A stretch of DNA of 63,771 bases, filler included, from Stramenopiles sp. TOSAG23-2 (lineage: Eukaryota): NCBI GenBank assembly GCA_900128395.1. It is 24 parts of 24 records of this genome, joined end to end, with 100 filler letters (N's around TTAATTAATTAA, not from the genome) between each part and the next. Parts side by side here need not be neighbours in the genome. Positions count along the whole stretch, not along the records: positions 37,371 to 39,932 come from LT651658.1; positions 40,033 to 42,594 come from LT651659.1; positions 42,695 to 45,255 come from LT651660.1; positions 45,356 to 47,908 come from LT651661.1; positions 48,009 to 50,560 come from LT651662.1; 19 more parts are not named here. One strand, 5' to 3'. A program made the translations under genes and the position numbers. The notes under the pieces were generated by a model that saw only the letters and a list, made by a program, of their open reading frames with translations, was not told the origin of the DNA and did no database searches. Shown here piece by piece: positions 37,371 through 50,560 of the stretch; the stretch's first letter is position 1; each line of letters begins with the position of its first letter.

Positions 37371-39932
37371 TACTAAATAACGCCGAACTCCATAGTTTGT
37401 GGCAAAAATACATAGCCCGACAAAAATGGTGATACAAATAGTCGCTGTGATAATTTCAGCTAAATTATTCTTGTTCTCGTTATTTGGCATATTGCAATTT
37501 GGGTAGTTTCCGCCATTGGCACATTCGCAACCACCATCAATAGTACAAATACCTAACGCATCGCAAGATGTGGGACAATCGACGCAGCGACCATCACCAG
37601 TTTTCATATAATATGGCTCACACATTTCACATTTTGGGCCATTAAATCTATCTTTACACTGACATCTTATTTCAGTATTATTTCTACCACCGGTGCAAAC
37701 ACCATTCATCCCACATAAATCACACTGATCGCATGCTTTTCCATGCCAGACGTCTCCTGGTTTGCACTCACATATTGCATTTGCATCCACTACTGAAGTT
37801 GCATTATTCATTGTACAGATCCCTTGACCGTTGCACGGCACATCATTTTCACTGGGTGGCTTTGGACATTCGAAACACTTATTGAAGCGTGTATTGGAAA
37901 CATAACCAAAGCTGCATTTTGTACAGCTTCTATTTTCATCCAGTTCGTAACCTTTGTAACAATCACATGTATATGCACAATCGGAACCGGAGTTGCAAGG
38001 AATGCAATGTCCATGGCCTGAGCAAATGTTATTACCGATAGAACCACTACTAGGTCCACCAGAACTAGGACATTTAATATCTAAATTTTGAAGCCAACTT
38101 ATGCAATTTATCGTTATTTTATCTACGCCCCAATTACATGTTGCAGTTGAAAGCGAATCATCATCAGAATTTGCTATATCGTGTAAAATGGATATATCCA
38201 CTGAAGGTGTTATCTGTCTATTTTCTGTGCCATAAATGCCATTAAATATAGGCTGCACCATCTGATAGCTAGGGAAATCAGGCGAGGCAAATGCCATAGA
38301 GTACGCAGTGCTTACAGTACACATTGCAGGGTTATCTATTAGTGATAAATCTTGTTTTTCAGTCAAAACATCGATGGGTACGGCAAATGTTACAGCTGGA
38401 CCCGTCGAATAACATCGCCCTGGCGAACACCCTACATAACTTCTCTTTTCATAACACGTTGCATCTCCAATAATATTATGGCTTAACCTGTTTTTCCAAA
38501 CAATATTTGGGTCATTAATTTCCAACTGAAAGTATGTTGGTCGTAAGCGATAAAACAGGCTCTCGCAGGCCCATCCATGCCACGGAGATTGGCAAACGCA
38601 GGTCGGTACTTTTGCTGAAGATGATGATGTGCCATTAAAATTGCAAGTACCATGACCACTGCAATGTTTCGGACATGCATTTGTATCAGCGGCTTTAATT
38701 CTATGCGGATGCGGTACACCATCAATTTCGGGTTGATCAATAATTTCATAAATTCCAGGCTCATTGATAGCATATCCACATTTCGGAAATGAAATATTTT
38801 TTAAAACAGAGGCACAGGCTTTCAATGATGGTTTTGGATCAACACAATTTTCCATACTATTTACCAAGCCTTCGCCAACTCTAAATTGAACAAATGTCGC
38901 AATACGATATATATTAATGTAATAAAAAGCATTATTGGAATCTTCTTTTTTCATTTTTTGAAGGACATTTATCCCTTCTCTATCTATATATGTTGCCCAT
39001 ACATTTAAATTTTGTTGTCCAACCTTGTTACTTTGGCAATCATGAGACATTGATGTGCTTGGCTGGTATTTAATAATTATTTCACCAGAGACTGTAGTAG
39101 GTAGTACATATGGAATTGTTGATTTATCCAACCAAGCAAGGTATGTAACTTGCAGCGTTTGCCATGGCTGAAATGTTTCATCCTTGTTTTGAAGTGTTAT
39201 ACGTATAGAAAAGCCTGACGTTGTTTGATTTGCAATCATCAAGCTGACTGGCGCGACTAGGGTTCCATCAAAACTGTTAATGGATGCAACTACTCTAGGG
39301 ACACCTCCAATATTTGGAAATCCAGACCCTTTGAATACAATATTTTTCGCAATGACTCTATTTTGAAAATGATTTTCACTCATAGTATTTACAGTAGTAG
39401 TACTTGGATTTATATTTTCAACACCCTCTTTAATATTTGTTCCATCCACCCAACTATCAGGAACCCACGCCAAATAACAAACTTGCAGTGTGTCTGGCCA
39501 AAATTGAACTTTTTTCAAATTTTCCTGGGCATATTGAAGTGATCCTGGTTGTAGAGATATATCGGCAACAAATCTGGTTAAAGAAATCGTGCGTGTCTGT
39601 ACCTGTGAATTGATTGTAACGTATAGAAGTGTGATGTGTTAGGGAGAATTTTCTACTATATCTAATAATATATATGGTGTCGGAAATTGAATTTACATAC
39701 TGTAAAAAAACGTGGCAATACATATTTATTATTTGTTGCTACCTTCACCACTTCCCCTGTATCCTTAAAACTGCCATATTTTATATTAACAAAAACGCGG
39801 GGTATGGTTTCAAAAGACTCTCCTTTAAATACGATTTGCTTTGAAACTATATCAGTTGCAGATGGATTATTTGCTACACGAAAACTCACACAATCAGTTT
39901 TTTTGTCATCCTCCAGCTCATTTGAGCTAATG
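37371..39932 (-). CDS. Surface receptor-like protein: H-type-lectin-like domains, EGF-like repeats, TM helix; intron 39603-39700; both ends truncated
   Basis: Two IVFKG..F...PRV...TLQVxYLAW modules, CSGHG.C EGF repeats, TM IITATICITIFVGLCIFA; a GTATGT..CTAAC..CACAG intron restores the frame. Confidence 0.8.
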
Positions 39933-40473
39933 NNNNNNNNNNNNNNNNNNNNNNNNNNNNNNNNNNNNNNNNNNNNTTAATTAATTAANNNNNNNNNNNN
40001 NNNNNNNNNNNNNNNNNNNNNNNNNNNNNNNNTCAAACTTATTCTTTTTTTTTTCTTTTCCGGAGATCGTTTTATTAAGTACAACTTATATATCCATTTA
40101 ACATATACACAAGGTTTGAAATATTAGTATATGAAAAAACACACCTATCAAATTCCACAATCAAAAATGATCAACAACAAAAAATTGAATAAAAAATCAA
40201 ATAAAAACTATTGAAGAACTACCTCACCGCCTCAACAAACGTTGAAACATTCATTCACAAAATATATTGATATCAAATTTATTTTGAAAAGCTTTATAAG
40301 TTTATTTCATTGTTTTTATAAGAACAAGACGAAAGAAATAAACACATAGTATATATTTCTTTATTTTTTAATATAATTATATATTTTTTTTGGAACATTT
40401 GTTATTAAATTTTTATTTGTTGTCCAACAATACATATATATATATATAATTTTACAAAACAAACACAATCAAC

Positions 40474-40911
40474 ATGCCAAGAAACAAAAAAAGAGCAACA
40501 AAACCAAAAATACTTAACAAATGCACGTATACGTTAAAGTTGAAAAATGGTGGTACGAAAGTAGTAACGCGTAAAAGACGTAAGCCAATCGACAAGGAAT
40601 TGGTAGATGAGTTGGAAAAAATATTCAACGATGATCATAAATTTCCACAAGGAAAAGGTACCATGAAAGTACGTCAACAAACTATGAAAGATTTATCAAT
40701 GACAACATCATTAACTTTTGAACAGTTAAGACGTTGGTTTGATAATCGTACACAAAAAGCAAAACGTATAGCAGCAAAAAGTGGAGAGCCAGTTGTTAAA
40801 AAAACAGCAGCAGCAGCAAAAACACCTGCAAAAACAAAAAGTTCTGGGAAATCAACAGGTGGTGGAACAAGAAGTACTAGACGTAGTACTAGGAAAACTG
40901 CTACATTATAA
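40474..40911 (+). CDS. Homeodomain protein
   Basis: RKRRKPI...ELEKIF...LSMTTSLTFEQLRRWFDNR (helix 3 WFxNR). Confidence 0.85.
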   Translation: MPRNKKRATKPKILNKCTYTLKLKNGGTKVVTRKRRKPIDKELVDELEKIFNDDHKFPQGKGTMKVRQQTMKDLSMTTSLTFEQLRRWFDNRTQKAKRIAAKSGEPVVKKTAAAAKTPAKTKSSGKSTGGGTRSTRRSTRKTATL

Positions 40912-41542
40912 AACGTCTTTGGAAAAAAAATAAAAATAAAAAACAATATTTTTGTTGCTTTTACATATTTACATATATATAATATATATGTATATGTAAA
41001 AGAGAAGTGTAGTGGAATAAGAAAAAACAACACAATGATGTATGTATATTTAACATTTATATAAGTTTTTTATTTCTTAATTACAACAATAACCAACAAC
41101 GAAAGGGGGGAAAATATACAATTTGGGAAAGTGGTGTGTGTTGAATTATATCGACTTTGCTATACAAACTCTCAAATTTTAAAAAAACAGAAAAGATTAG
41201 GAGGTTGAAGAGGTGAAGAGAGAAAAGAGAAAATTTAAAACACGTATCTTGATGTACTTTTTATTTTGTTTTAATTAAAAATTGAAAATATAACGTACTA
41301 ACGTACACGTCACTACTGCCCCTTCTCCCTGTTCCCTGTTCCTTTCTCGACTCCCCTTTAGCCTTTGGACTTTGGACTGTCCCTAACCCAACTGCACCAC
41401 TGCATCTCCTCCTCCTCCTGCCCATGTACCTAATGCATCTCAACCAACACATTGCCATCTAAAAACCTAAAATATTCCATATCATCGATTTGATATCACA
41501 TCAAAACCAAATAAAAAAACAACATCTACAACATAACCACCT

Positions 41543-42499
41543 CTACATCTTCCGTTCCGCTCGTTTCTTTCCAACATATGGTGCTAAATGACTTGTACCA
41601 TATATACTGATTGGATAAAACGAACTAGATAAGACAACTGCACCTGCCCATGTACCTAATACATCACCAACATTACCATCTAAACCTAAATATTCCATCA
41701 TCGATGTCACATCAAAACCAAATAAAACCAATTCATAAATTGAAAATACAATAACAACACCGACTAAACGTGATGATAAAAAATAACATAAACCATATTG
41801 ATTCATTGCATCATATGCATAATCAGCCGTTCTACGTAAAAACCCTTTCTCTTCTTTCTTATCTTCTTTCTCAGCTTCTTCAATTACTTTTGCTGGAAAT
41901 ATTGTTTTCATTAAATTTTGACCACTGACTAAATCTAATAAACGTACTGTAGATAATGCAGGGAGTAATGTTTTCATACCTTTAGCAACAATTAATTCAA
42001 CTGGTAAACGGAATTTACGTATTACACGTGATGCAGCAAATGCAAATGCAAATTCTGCTGAAAATTCTACGTTGGAATAATTTAATAAATTGTATGTACC
42101 ATATATTGTTACTATTTCCAATCCAAACATTGTGAAAACTGTTTCAACTGGATAGGCATTTATACTATCATTTAAACGTTTTGCAAAAATAGTACCAAAT
42201 GGTAAACGTGGATCATCATGGTTGTTGTTGTTGTTCGATATGGTTGAAAAATGTGATGGTGTATTATTAATTAACATATATTGATATGGATGATGTTGAT
42301 ATTTCTTCATTATATTGTCATTATTATTATTCATTTTGTTCATTTTATTCTTATTACAATTATTTTGAGATGCTTGATGATTTATATAAAATGATAATAA
42401 TGATGATGATGTTTGATGGATTTTACCATGTTGAAATATTTTTTTCCCAACATATCGTTGTGTATGTTTGAATGTTGGTATGGTACGTTGAAGGAACAT
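41543..42499 (-). CDS. Organelle-targeted membrane protein (FAM210/DUF1279-like)
   Basis: Transit-peptide-like N-terminus; two related hydrophobic halves. Confidence 0.6.
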   Translation of the reverse strand: MFLQRTIPTFKHTQRYVGKKIFQHGKIHQTSSSLLSFYINHQASQNNCNKNKMNKMNNNNDNIMKKYQHHPYQYMLINNTPSHFSTISNNNNNHDDPRLPFGTIFAKRLNDSINAYPVETVFTMFGLEIVTIYGTYNLLNYSNVEFSAEFAFAFAASRVIRKFRLPVELIVAKGMKTLLPALSTVRLLDLVSGQNLMKTIFPAKVIEEAEKEDKKEEKGFLRRTADYAYDAMNQYGLCYFLSSRLVGVVIVFSIYELVLFGFDVTSMMEYLGLDGNVGDVLGTWAGAVVLSSSFYPISIYGTSHLAPYVGKKRAERKM

Positions 42500-42694
42500 C
42501 TTTGATCTCTTTCTTTTTTTTTGTATTTTTATTTTGTCGTTTCTAATTTGATTAAATAATAAATTATAATAAATAATAGTTCATTCCCTAATTTNNNNNN
42601 NNNNNNNNNNNNNNNNNNNNNNNNNNNNNNNNNNNNNNTTAATTAATTAANNNNNNNNNNNNNNNNNNNNNNNNNNNNNNNNNNNNNNNNNNNN

Positions 42695-43022
42695 TTTCCA
42701 AATAGTTAAATATTTGATTGAACAAGGTGAAGCTGATCCTAATATTGCAACTAGTTATGGATATAATGCATTACATTGTGCAGCATGGAGGAACAGAACG
42801 AATACTGAGTTGATTGAATTGTTATTAACTCATATGTCTCTTAATAGCATTAATAAGAAGCAGTCCGGGGGGTGCACTCCCCTGGACAGGGCATATCATT
42901 TTAATCGTAGTCCAATTCGCCAAGAGGTCATTGCACTTTTACGTTCAAAAGGTGGAAAAGCAAATCATTATGATGAAAATGGTAGAAATGTAGGAAAAGG
43001 TAATGGTGATTTAAATCATTAA
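42695..43022 (+). CDS. Ankyrin-repeat protein, C-terminal fragment
   Basis: VKYLIEQGEADPNIATSYGYNALHCAA, GCTPLDRA. Confidence 0.88.
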
Positions 43023-43314
43023 AAAAGAGAGAGGAGAATGGTTAGGGGTTAGGGGTGTTAAAAAGTACGAAGTCTCGTAAAAAGTAGAAAAAATTAAGAA
43101 ACATATGATGCTGTATCTCGTATCTCAATATTATTACGTAATATAAATAGCGCTTTTTGTACTTTTTGTCAATCTCTTCTCCCTTATTTAATTTCGTACA
43201 AGCTCGCATGAGATGCATGATATCAAATACACCACATCAATCTTTAAACACTTTCCACAAACACACACACAGACAAAATAATGAACCCATCATAGAGTAT
43301 ATTCTTTCTTATTT

Positions 43315-44733
43315 TTAACTATGATAGATAAAATTATTTCCAGCATATGGTACATGCATATTTGCATTTGGGGTACCGATGTTATATGCAAATGGTACAC
43401 CAGGAGCACCTTTGGTACCAATTGCAGCACTACCTAATGGTGCCATTGAATTTTGTACAGATGGTCTTCCACCAATACCAATTCCACCTGGTGATTGCAA
43501 TGCTTGATTCATATTATTTTGTCCTTGATGTCGATTCCATGGCGGTGCAAGCCATGGTGGTGGATTGTTTGGATCATATGTTTCCCATGTCATCATACCT
43601 TGTCCACCACCACGTACTTGTTGTTGTGCTTGTGCATGTTGTCTTAATTGTGCATGTTGTTTCATTGTACTGAAACGTGGTACCATTGCAGGTGATGTTG
43701 CTGGATGATTTTGATGTAGTACTGATGGTTTTTTTGTAACAATATTATGAACAGATTTTTCACCATTATTAATTTGACGTGCTAATTTATCAAATGCAGC
43801 TAAACGTTGTTGTTGTTGTTGTGATGTACTTGTTGTTGCTGCTACATTACTTGATGATGGTGACGTAGACGAATCTTTTGTTGTTTTAATACGTATTAAT
43901 TGAACATTTGATTCTTGTAAACGCATTAATTTAGATGCTACTGTTACCTTTTTATTCTTTCTATTATCATTATTTGTATTTTTCAATGGTTGTTTTTGTA
44001 TTATTTTCTTCCTATTGTTTTCTACCATTTTTTGTTTAGCAAAACTTCCACCTAATGGTGGTTCTATATGTGCATTAATTTTTTCTGTTTCACGTTTTTT
44101 TAAACGTTTTGCAATTGCATTAAATCTTGCAAATCTATCTTTTTGTGTTGCTAATTGGTTTTTACTATTGCTGTTCCTGCTGCTACTACTTTTTTGTGCA
44201 CTATTACTACTACTAGAAGATGAACGTGCAACTTGTGCTTGAACACTTTTAAATTTTGGATAGTTACTTTTATCAGCATGTATTAATTGGGACGGATGTG
44301 CCGCTTTAAACCCTTGTATTGGCGATGTACCTGGTGGTGGTGCATATGCACTGAATTGTGCAGACGGTGCAGGTGGTGGTGGTGGCAATGGTGGTGGTGG
44401 TGATGGTGGTGGTGGTGGTGGCGGTGGATAAAAACGCCCACTACCTTGAAAACCTTGTGCAGGTGGTGGTGGTGGTGCCATTGGTTTTGGTGCAGCAGGT
44501 AAAGGAACGTCTGACATACCTGGTGCACTTGCCCATGGTGGTTGTAAATATTGTGGTGGATTTGTCTCATCGTATTTTGCATACCACGGTGCTTTATTAT
44601 GTACTTTTCCTCTTAATCGAATAGCATGATTTTGTTGTATACAAAAAACAAAATGCACCAAAAAGAAAAAGATGACGATGACAATATTATGATGCTGGTT
44701 ATTATTATTATTATTATTATTAGACAAAAACAT
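43315..44733 (-). CDS. Secreted proline-rich protein
   Basis: Hydrophobic leader, poly-Pro tract, twice-repeated W..YD..NPP..L.PPW motif. Confidence 0.75.
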   Translation of the reverse strand: MFLSNNNNNNNNQHHNIVIVIFFFLVHFVFCIQQNHAIRLRGKVHNKAPWYAKYDETNPPQYLQPPWASAPGMSDVPLPAAPKPMAPPPPPAQGFQGSGRFYPPPPPPPPSPPPPLPPPPPAPSAQFSAYAPPPGTSPIQGFKAAHPSQLIHADKSNYPKFKSVQAQVARSSSSSSNSAQKSSSSRNSNSKNQLATQKDRFARFNAIAKRLKKRETEKINAHIEPPLGGSFAKQKMVENNRKKIIQKQPLKNTNNDNRKNKKVTVASKLMRLQESNVQLIRIKTTKDSSTSPSSSNVAATTSTSQQQQQRLAAFDKLARQINNGEKSVHNIVTKKPSVLHQNHPATSPAMVPRFSTMKQHAQLRQHAQAQQQVRGGGQGMMTWETYDPNNPPPWLAPPWNRHQGQNNMNQALQSPGGIGIGGRPSVQNSMAPLGSAAIGTKGAPGVPFAYNIGTPNANMHVPYAGNNFIYHS

Positions 44734-44753
44734 ACTTAAAATCGTTGATATAA

Positions 44754-44784
<31 letters not shown>

Positions 44785-45355
44785 CAAGTTGTATTGTGAT
44801 TGTTATAATACCGTATGAAGTTGTATCCGATATAGTCACTATATATATCTATCAATCACTATATGAATCTCTTACATTGTATCTCTCTTCACTCACTCAT
44901 CATTCCTATTTCTATTTGTAATGAATAAACCACTTCATTTTCCCCTCCTTTTCGTCTTCTTGTTTTGTTGTTGTCTTGTTTTCCTCTTCAGAAGAGAGAA
45001 GGTTGTGGATAATTAGAGATCAAAATATGTACTTGGCACCTTCCTAGATGGCACATCAACGCGTATTCACTGCTATTTACTATTTACATGGATAGAGCAT
45101 TGTGTATTGTTCAGGAAACCCCGCCATGCTATTCGTATGGCAGAACCGTACTGGAAAGAGACTTGGCAGGTTTTGTGAACTGAGATTTTTTACCTTAAAA
45201 AAATAGCAGGTACACAGCAATAAACCCCTAATAGGCCGTGCACAGCATTACGGATNNNNNNNNNNNNNNNNNNNNNNNNNNNNNNNNNNNNNNNNNNNNT
45301 TAATTAATTAANNNNNNNNNNNNNNNNNNNNNNNNNNNNNNNNNNNNNNNNNNNN

Positions 45356-46158
45356 CACGACGCTCTTCCGATCTTATGTCTAACATATAATGGATAACGG
45401 CGATCAATCCATAATTTTGGTATTTGAACCTTACCCGTGGAACTATTTACAGTAACGGTTGATGATGCCGTCATTGGGCGCTGTTTACTTCTAATACTGC
45501 TATTACATTTTGCCTTTTCATCAAGGACCATTTGCATTTTACTATTGCCAGTCAATGTTCCAGGAACAATTGCTTCATTTTGTATTCTAAAACTTGGAGA
45601 AAATGGTACAATTTCTCTTTGTAATACATTTTTGTATGACCTTTTCTTCGTTTTTAAATTTGTTTTTCTTGGACGTGGCATAGTTGTTTGTGGTCGTTGT
45701 GATATATTTATATTGTTATTTGTACCAATAGGTGATGATGCTGTTGCAAATCCTTTCTGATTAACATTTGTATTAATAACTCTACGTTTTCGAATCCATA
45801 ATTCTTCACGTATGGTCGACGCTTTATTTCCAATCGGTGCACGCGGTGATGGTGGTTTTATCCACGGTGATGAAGGTCTTTTGGCAATAATTTTCTCTTC
45901 TTTTGGAAATACGGGTTTACCTTTTTTATTAATATGTGTTGCGATAATACAATCTTTTTTAAATGTATCTGGATTCAAATGATCTGGCCAAAACAATTTA
46001 CGATACCTTTTATAATCCGCAAACGAACTAGCTTTTGGTCTTTTATATCCTTTTGATGCACGCCGGCGTAAATGTTCTAATTTATAGTCGGAGGCTTCCC
46101 TTGATGTTTGCATACCTGCAGAGTGTGGATTCCTCCATAATATAAATGGATCATCCAT
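45356..46158 (-). CDS. Hypothetical basic protein, 3' truncated
   Basis: ORF open to contig end; RPSS/RPQT/RPMTA motifs. Confidence 0.65.
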
Positions 46159-46838
46159 TTTAGTCAGTATTATTTTTGACTTTTGTAAAAGAAGATCAAT
46201 GAAAGAATAAAAAATGATATAAAATTTATTCTTTCTTTCTTTCTCCTGAGTATATATATATAATATATATGATATTTATATGTTTTGTGTTCTAATTAAG
46301 CTAATGTGTCATGTAACGATTAAATTTGTCACAGTTTGCCTTAGTATTTTTAATGCCTGCTATTTCAGTATTAATAAAATAACATTGCACAGTATGGGGG
46401 AAATCGCATAAGCGAAGAATTGAAAAGTATATCGAGAATTGAAGTAATATGATAAAAAAGTAACATATTAATATATGTGTTTTTCTCTTACTCATATGTT
46501 ATATAAAATTCTTTTACTCCNNNNNNNNNNNNNNNNNNNNNNNNNNNNNNNNNNNNNNNNNNNNNNNNNNNNNNNNNNNNNNNNNNNNNNNNNNNTCTCT
46601 TACTCATATGTTATATAAAATTCTTTTACTCCCGTTTACAATTTTATAATATATACTATACTGTGTATAATAGCACGATAATGCACATATTATTATCATA
46701 TATAGACGACTAATAAATTATGTTATACTAACACCAAAGATATATTATTTTTTAATACTCGTATCATCACACTAAATCTTATTGATTATATTTCACAAAA
46801 CATAAAAAATTTAATATTTTTTTTTTTATGCATACTTT

Positions 46839-47908
46839 TTACTGCCATTTTGTATATTCGTTCCTAATAAATGAAAGCAAGTCATTCAGATTCAATATAG
46901 TTGGTTTCTTTGGATTTAATTTTTTAAATAATGCGTTTGTTTCCTGTTGATTTAATCGAACACCTATTCGATTCATTGCTATTAAAAAATCTTGTCGTGT
47001 AATTTCCCCAAAAGCTCCTGTTACTCCAATAAATGCACGTTCCAATAAATTCGAATTCATATCACAATGTTTGACAATCCTTAATAGAACTTGTTCTACC
47101 ATCAAATTTCCAGTACGACTAATATTGTCTGTCTCAGATGGAACCAGACCAATTCCAAAGTCTTTAGTTTCGTAACTATAATGTAGTGATCGTCTTCCTA
47201 ACATACTTCCAGCTGAGGAAAGCATATTTTCATATTGCTCTGACCCTTCTTGAATATAAACAGGTGGTTCTTCCTGCCTACGTTTTAAACTACTTTCTTT
47301 ATTTAACATGTTTAAAAATTGCATATAATCAATGTTTCCTTCATATTCAGAAGATGACCCTTGCATAGACTGGAAAAGTGCAATGGTATCATTTTCACTC
47401 AATATTGCGCCAGACGTTCGTATACACATTGCAAATTCTGATAAATCTACCAAGGTTTTGCCATATGCTTTTCGTGGAACTAGTTGAAATGCTTGATAAA
47501 GTTTAGGAGCAACAAGGGCTACTTCATCTAATACACGTTGCTTAACAACACGAAATATTTTATCTTTTTCCATTATAGTTTCTTTTGCTGGATCTGGGAT
47601 GTATGATCCACGGCGATTTCCATTCCTAGTAAACTGACTACCACCATTACTATTGTTTACATTTTTAGGACGATCATTTACTGTTACACAACCTAACATT
47701 TTTGTAATTTTTTCATACATCACTTTGCCACCAGACATTGCATCAAATCGATCAAATACACGGCGAGCATCTGCATCGCTGATTATAATACTAGCCATTT
47801 TAATGGCTTTCCAAAACGTTTGAAAATCAACCACGCCAGTATCAGAAAGGTCAAGCTTGTACAAAGAACGTGCTAAAAATTCTTTTCGTTCCTTTAATAT
47901 ATCAAAAG
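46839..47908 (-). CDS. Multi-EF-hand protein, 5' truncated
   Basis: DLSDTGVVDFQTF, FDAMSGGKVMYE, GNIDYMQF, GEITRQDF. Confidence 0.8.
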
Positions 47909-48008
47909 NNNNNNNNNNNNNNNNNNNNNNNNNNNNNNNNNNNNNNNNNNNNTTAATTAATTAANNNNNNNNNNNNNNNNNNNNNNNNNNNNNNNNNNNN
48001 NNNNNNNN

Positions 48009-49031
48009 TTTAGTATCGTCTTGACCATCAAGTTTTGGAGCTTTTTCTTCTTTTTTATCTTCTTCACCACCGTTTGCACAAGATGTCATTACGATATCTT
48101 TATATTCAATTGAAGAACATTCCCCAGTTGTTGGTGCGCCATTGCCTGCTTGGAAATTTTGTTCTGAATTAACAACAAAAGGACCATCCAGAGTAACACC
48201 CCCTTTTTCGCAGCCTGGAGATTTACATTCCCATTGAACTTTTCCATTAGTAACTGTTTTTTTCTCAACATAATCTAGACCTTTTGCTGGCTTACCATCA
48301 AGAAGAAAAGTGACTCCATCCAATGCCACTTTGATAGTGACTGCAATCCATTTGTTCTTGAACACATCATTTTGATGACCGTAATCAAGATTTATTCCTG
48401 CAATGTATTGTTTTGTACCCATTGTAGTGCGAAATTGTAGCTCACGCTTTCCTTGACTATATTGCATGGAATCTATCCTAAAAAGCATATTAGCATGGCT
48501 GGCATGAACCAAACCTTTCTCATTGGCTGGCTTCATCGACGTCCATACATGCGAAGGTGCAAAATTTTGGCCCATCGTAGCTTTCATCGACATTGATAAT
48601 GTAAACCCATCTTTGAATTCATGTGTTATTTTTGTATCCCATGGTTCATCACCTGCAGTTTTCGTCTGGGTTAGTATAAGTTCTTTCCTTGCAAGGACAA
48701 GGAAACTTCCTTTTGCATTTTCAGTTGTTGGTGCTTTTATACTGGTACCTTTATTTGAACCAAAGTTCCCATCCCCAAAAGCAAAAATATTATTTTTAAA
48801 TGGTTTTTCGCACCCCTTATGCCCATGTTTAGTTACTTTCTTGATCGTATCACACTGTCCACCTGTCAAGTCTATATCATAAATTGGAGTACATTTAGCT
48901 TTAAGTGCAACTTGTTGTTTTTTATTGTTTCGTAAGTAATTTGTAGAACCTTGCTTCTCACCATTTACTACTACTAATAATAACAAGAAAGTTGTTGTTA
49001 ATAGACATGTAAATACATAATAAATGGACAT
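48009..49031 (-). CDS. Secreted protein with concanavalin-A/LamG-like beta domain, 3' truncated
   Basis: Signal peptide; GFTLSMSMK...NKWIAVTIKV...VTFLLDGKP. Confidence 0.65.
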
Positions 49032-50412
49032 GGTCTTCGTGTTGATATATATATAAGTAAGTATATATTAGTCAAACTACTACTAACTAGTCGTAATTCA
49101 CATGGAAATGAAAATATCTATCTATCTTTATATATATATGCAAAACTATTTATTATTGCTGGATTGATTATATATATATATAATAATATTATTGATGATA
49201 GATTTTAATATTATTAAATTAGATTGGTGATAAAATTTAACATGAAACAGCATTGTTTTTAAAACAAAAAAGGCTGTGATGCTGTGATCCTCCTCATATT
49301 ATCCCCCCTTCTTTTTGTTTTTTCCATCAAACACAATGAAGTGTTTCTTTTTTTCCATTTTCCTGTATTAATGGTACGTGTTAATATACTAATATATACC
49401 TATCAAAGCTATCCCAAAATGCCACAAAATTCAATTCTTTTCCATTGCCAATTGACCGAAATTACGAAAAAAAGCTATAGATTTCTGTCAATATATAAGC
49501 AATATCCGATATAAAGGAATCGTTGTTAGATGCTATTGCGTCACGATTAAAAATTAAAAATGGGATCACAAAAAACAAAAACTTATACATTCTAACGATC
49601 CAATATCAAATATCAAAATTTTAAAGTGAAATCAATACATTTATATGGTATTGATTTCAATGCATTAAATTACTATTATTACCATGATGCTATATATATT
49701 TTATATATATCCGAATAATGTTCATTGATATGTTTTGCTGTCAATGATCTGGAGAAGGTGAAATCTGAATGGAAATCCGTAAATTGTTCCTTTTAAATGT
49801 AAGATGCTCTATGTCTGCTTTCAATGTCTTAAATTACCAATATTTCCATTTACGATGTATTTGTTTATATAATATCCGATAACTGTTCATTTCCCCCCGA
49901 AAATAACACTATTCACTATTGAAAAATGGATGAGAATTGTTACAGTTAGGATATATAAATCAATAGTGTGTAGTGTTAAAATATATATATATTTTGAACT
50001 ATTTGTTGAGAGAGTCGATATATATATACATGTGAGAGATTGTTATAGACGAGGAAGAATTTATATTTGTGTTTCTGCTTGTTCGTTTTATTTTTTCTTT
50101 GCTTGCTTTGTATTGCTGTGAGAAATATAAGTTTTGATACATTATATATATATATATATATATTTTTTTTTTGTGGATTAGACATCATCATCATCATACA
50201 TTTCGTTTTTTAACAACATTAAATCGATTTTTTTCTTATTATAATTAATAATAAATTTTTTGGGAGGAATTTTCAGTTTCTATTTTGTATTTTCCTCTTT
50301 ATATATATACACACACATTCGAGTGTGTACATTTATTCAATCGAATTATCATAGTGGAAGAACGAGAAATATATACAACATAATATAGTAATAAACCAAC
50401 AACAACTACAAA

Positions 50413-50560
50413 ATGGTATTATCTATGAAGAAAAAATATACATCTTTCTTCATATTTATTAGCATTTTTGCAATATTATTATTATTAACATGTACTAATA
50501 ACTCCAACGCAATGCATATTGGACCAGGTACGATTGTATCGCATGAATTATGGGAATGTG
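50413..50560 (+). CDS. N-terminal fragment of a secreted protein
   Basis: ATG and signal-peptide-like stretch running into the linker. Confidence 0.5.

Noticed and set aside
41388-41525. Degenerate duplicate of 41636-41730 downstream of the gene
   Set aside because: Differences are mostly scattered single-base insertions, typical of a noisy read or assembly artefact.
43040-43056. Telomere-like TTAGGGG repeats
   Set aside because: Only two copies and internal to the contig.
44283-44624. His-rich and Val-rich ORFs, and similar antisense ORFs throughout the window
   Set aside because: Alternative-frame shadows of real low-complexity coding sequence.
46483-46632. Direct repeat flanking an N gap
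   Set aside because: Unmerged overlap across a scaffold gap.
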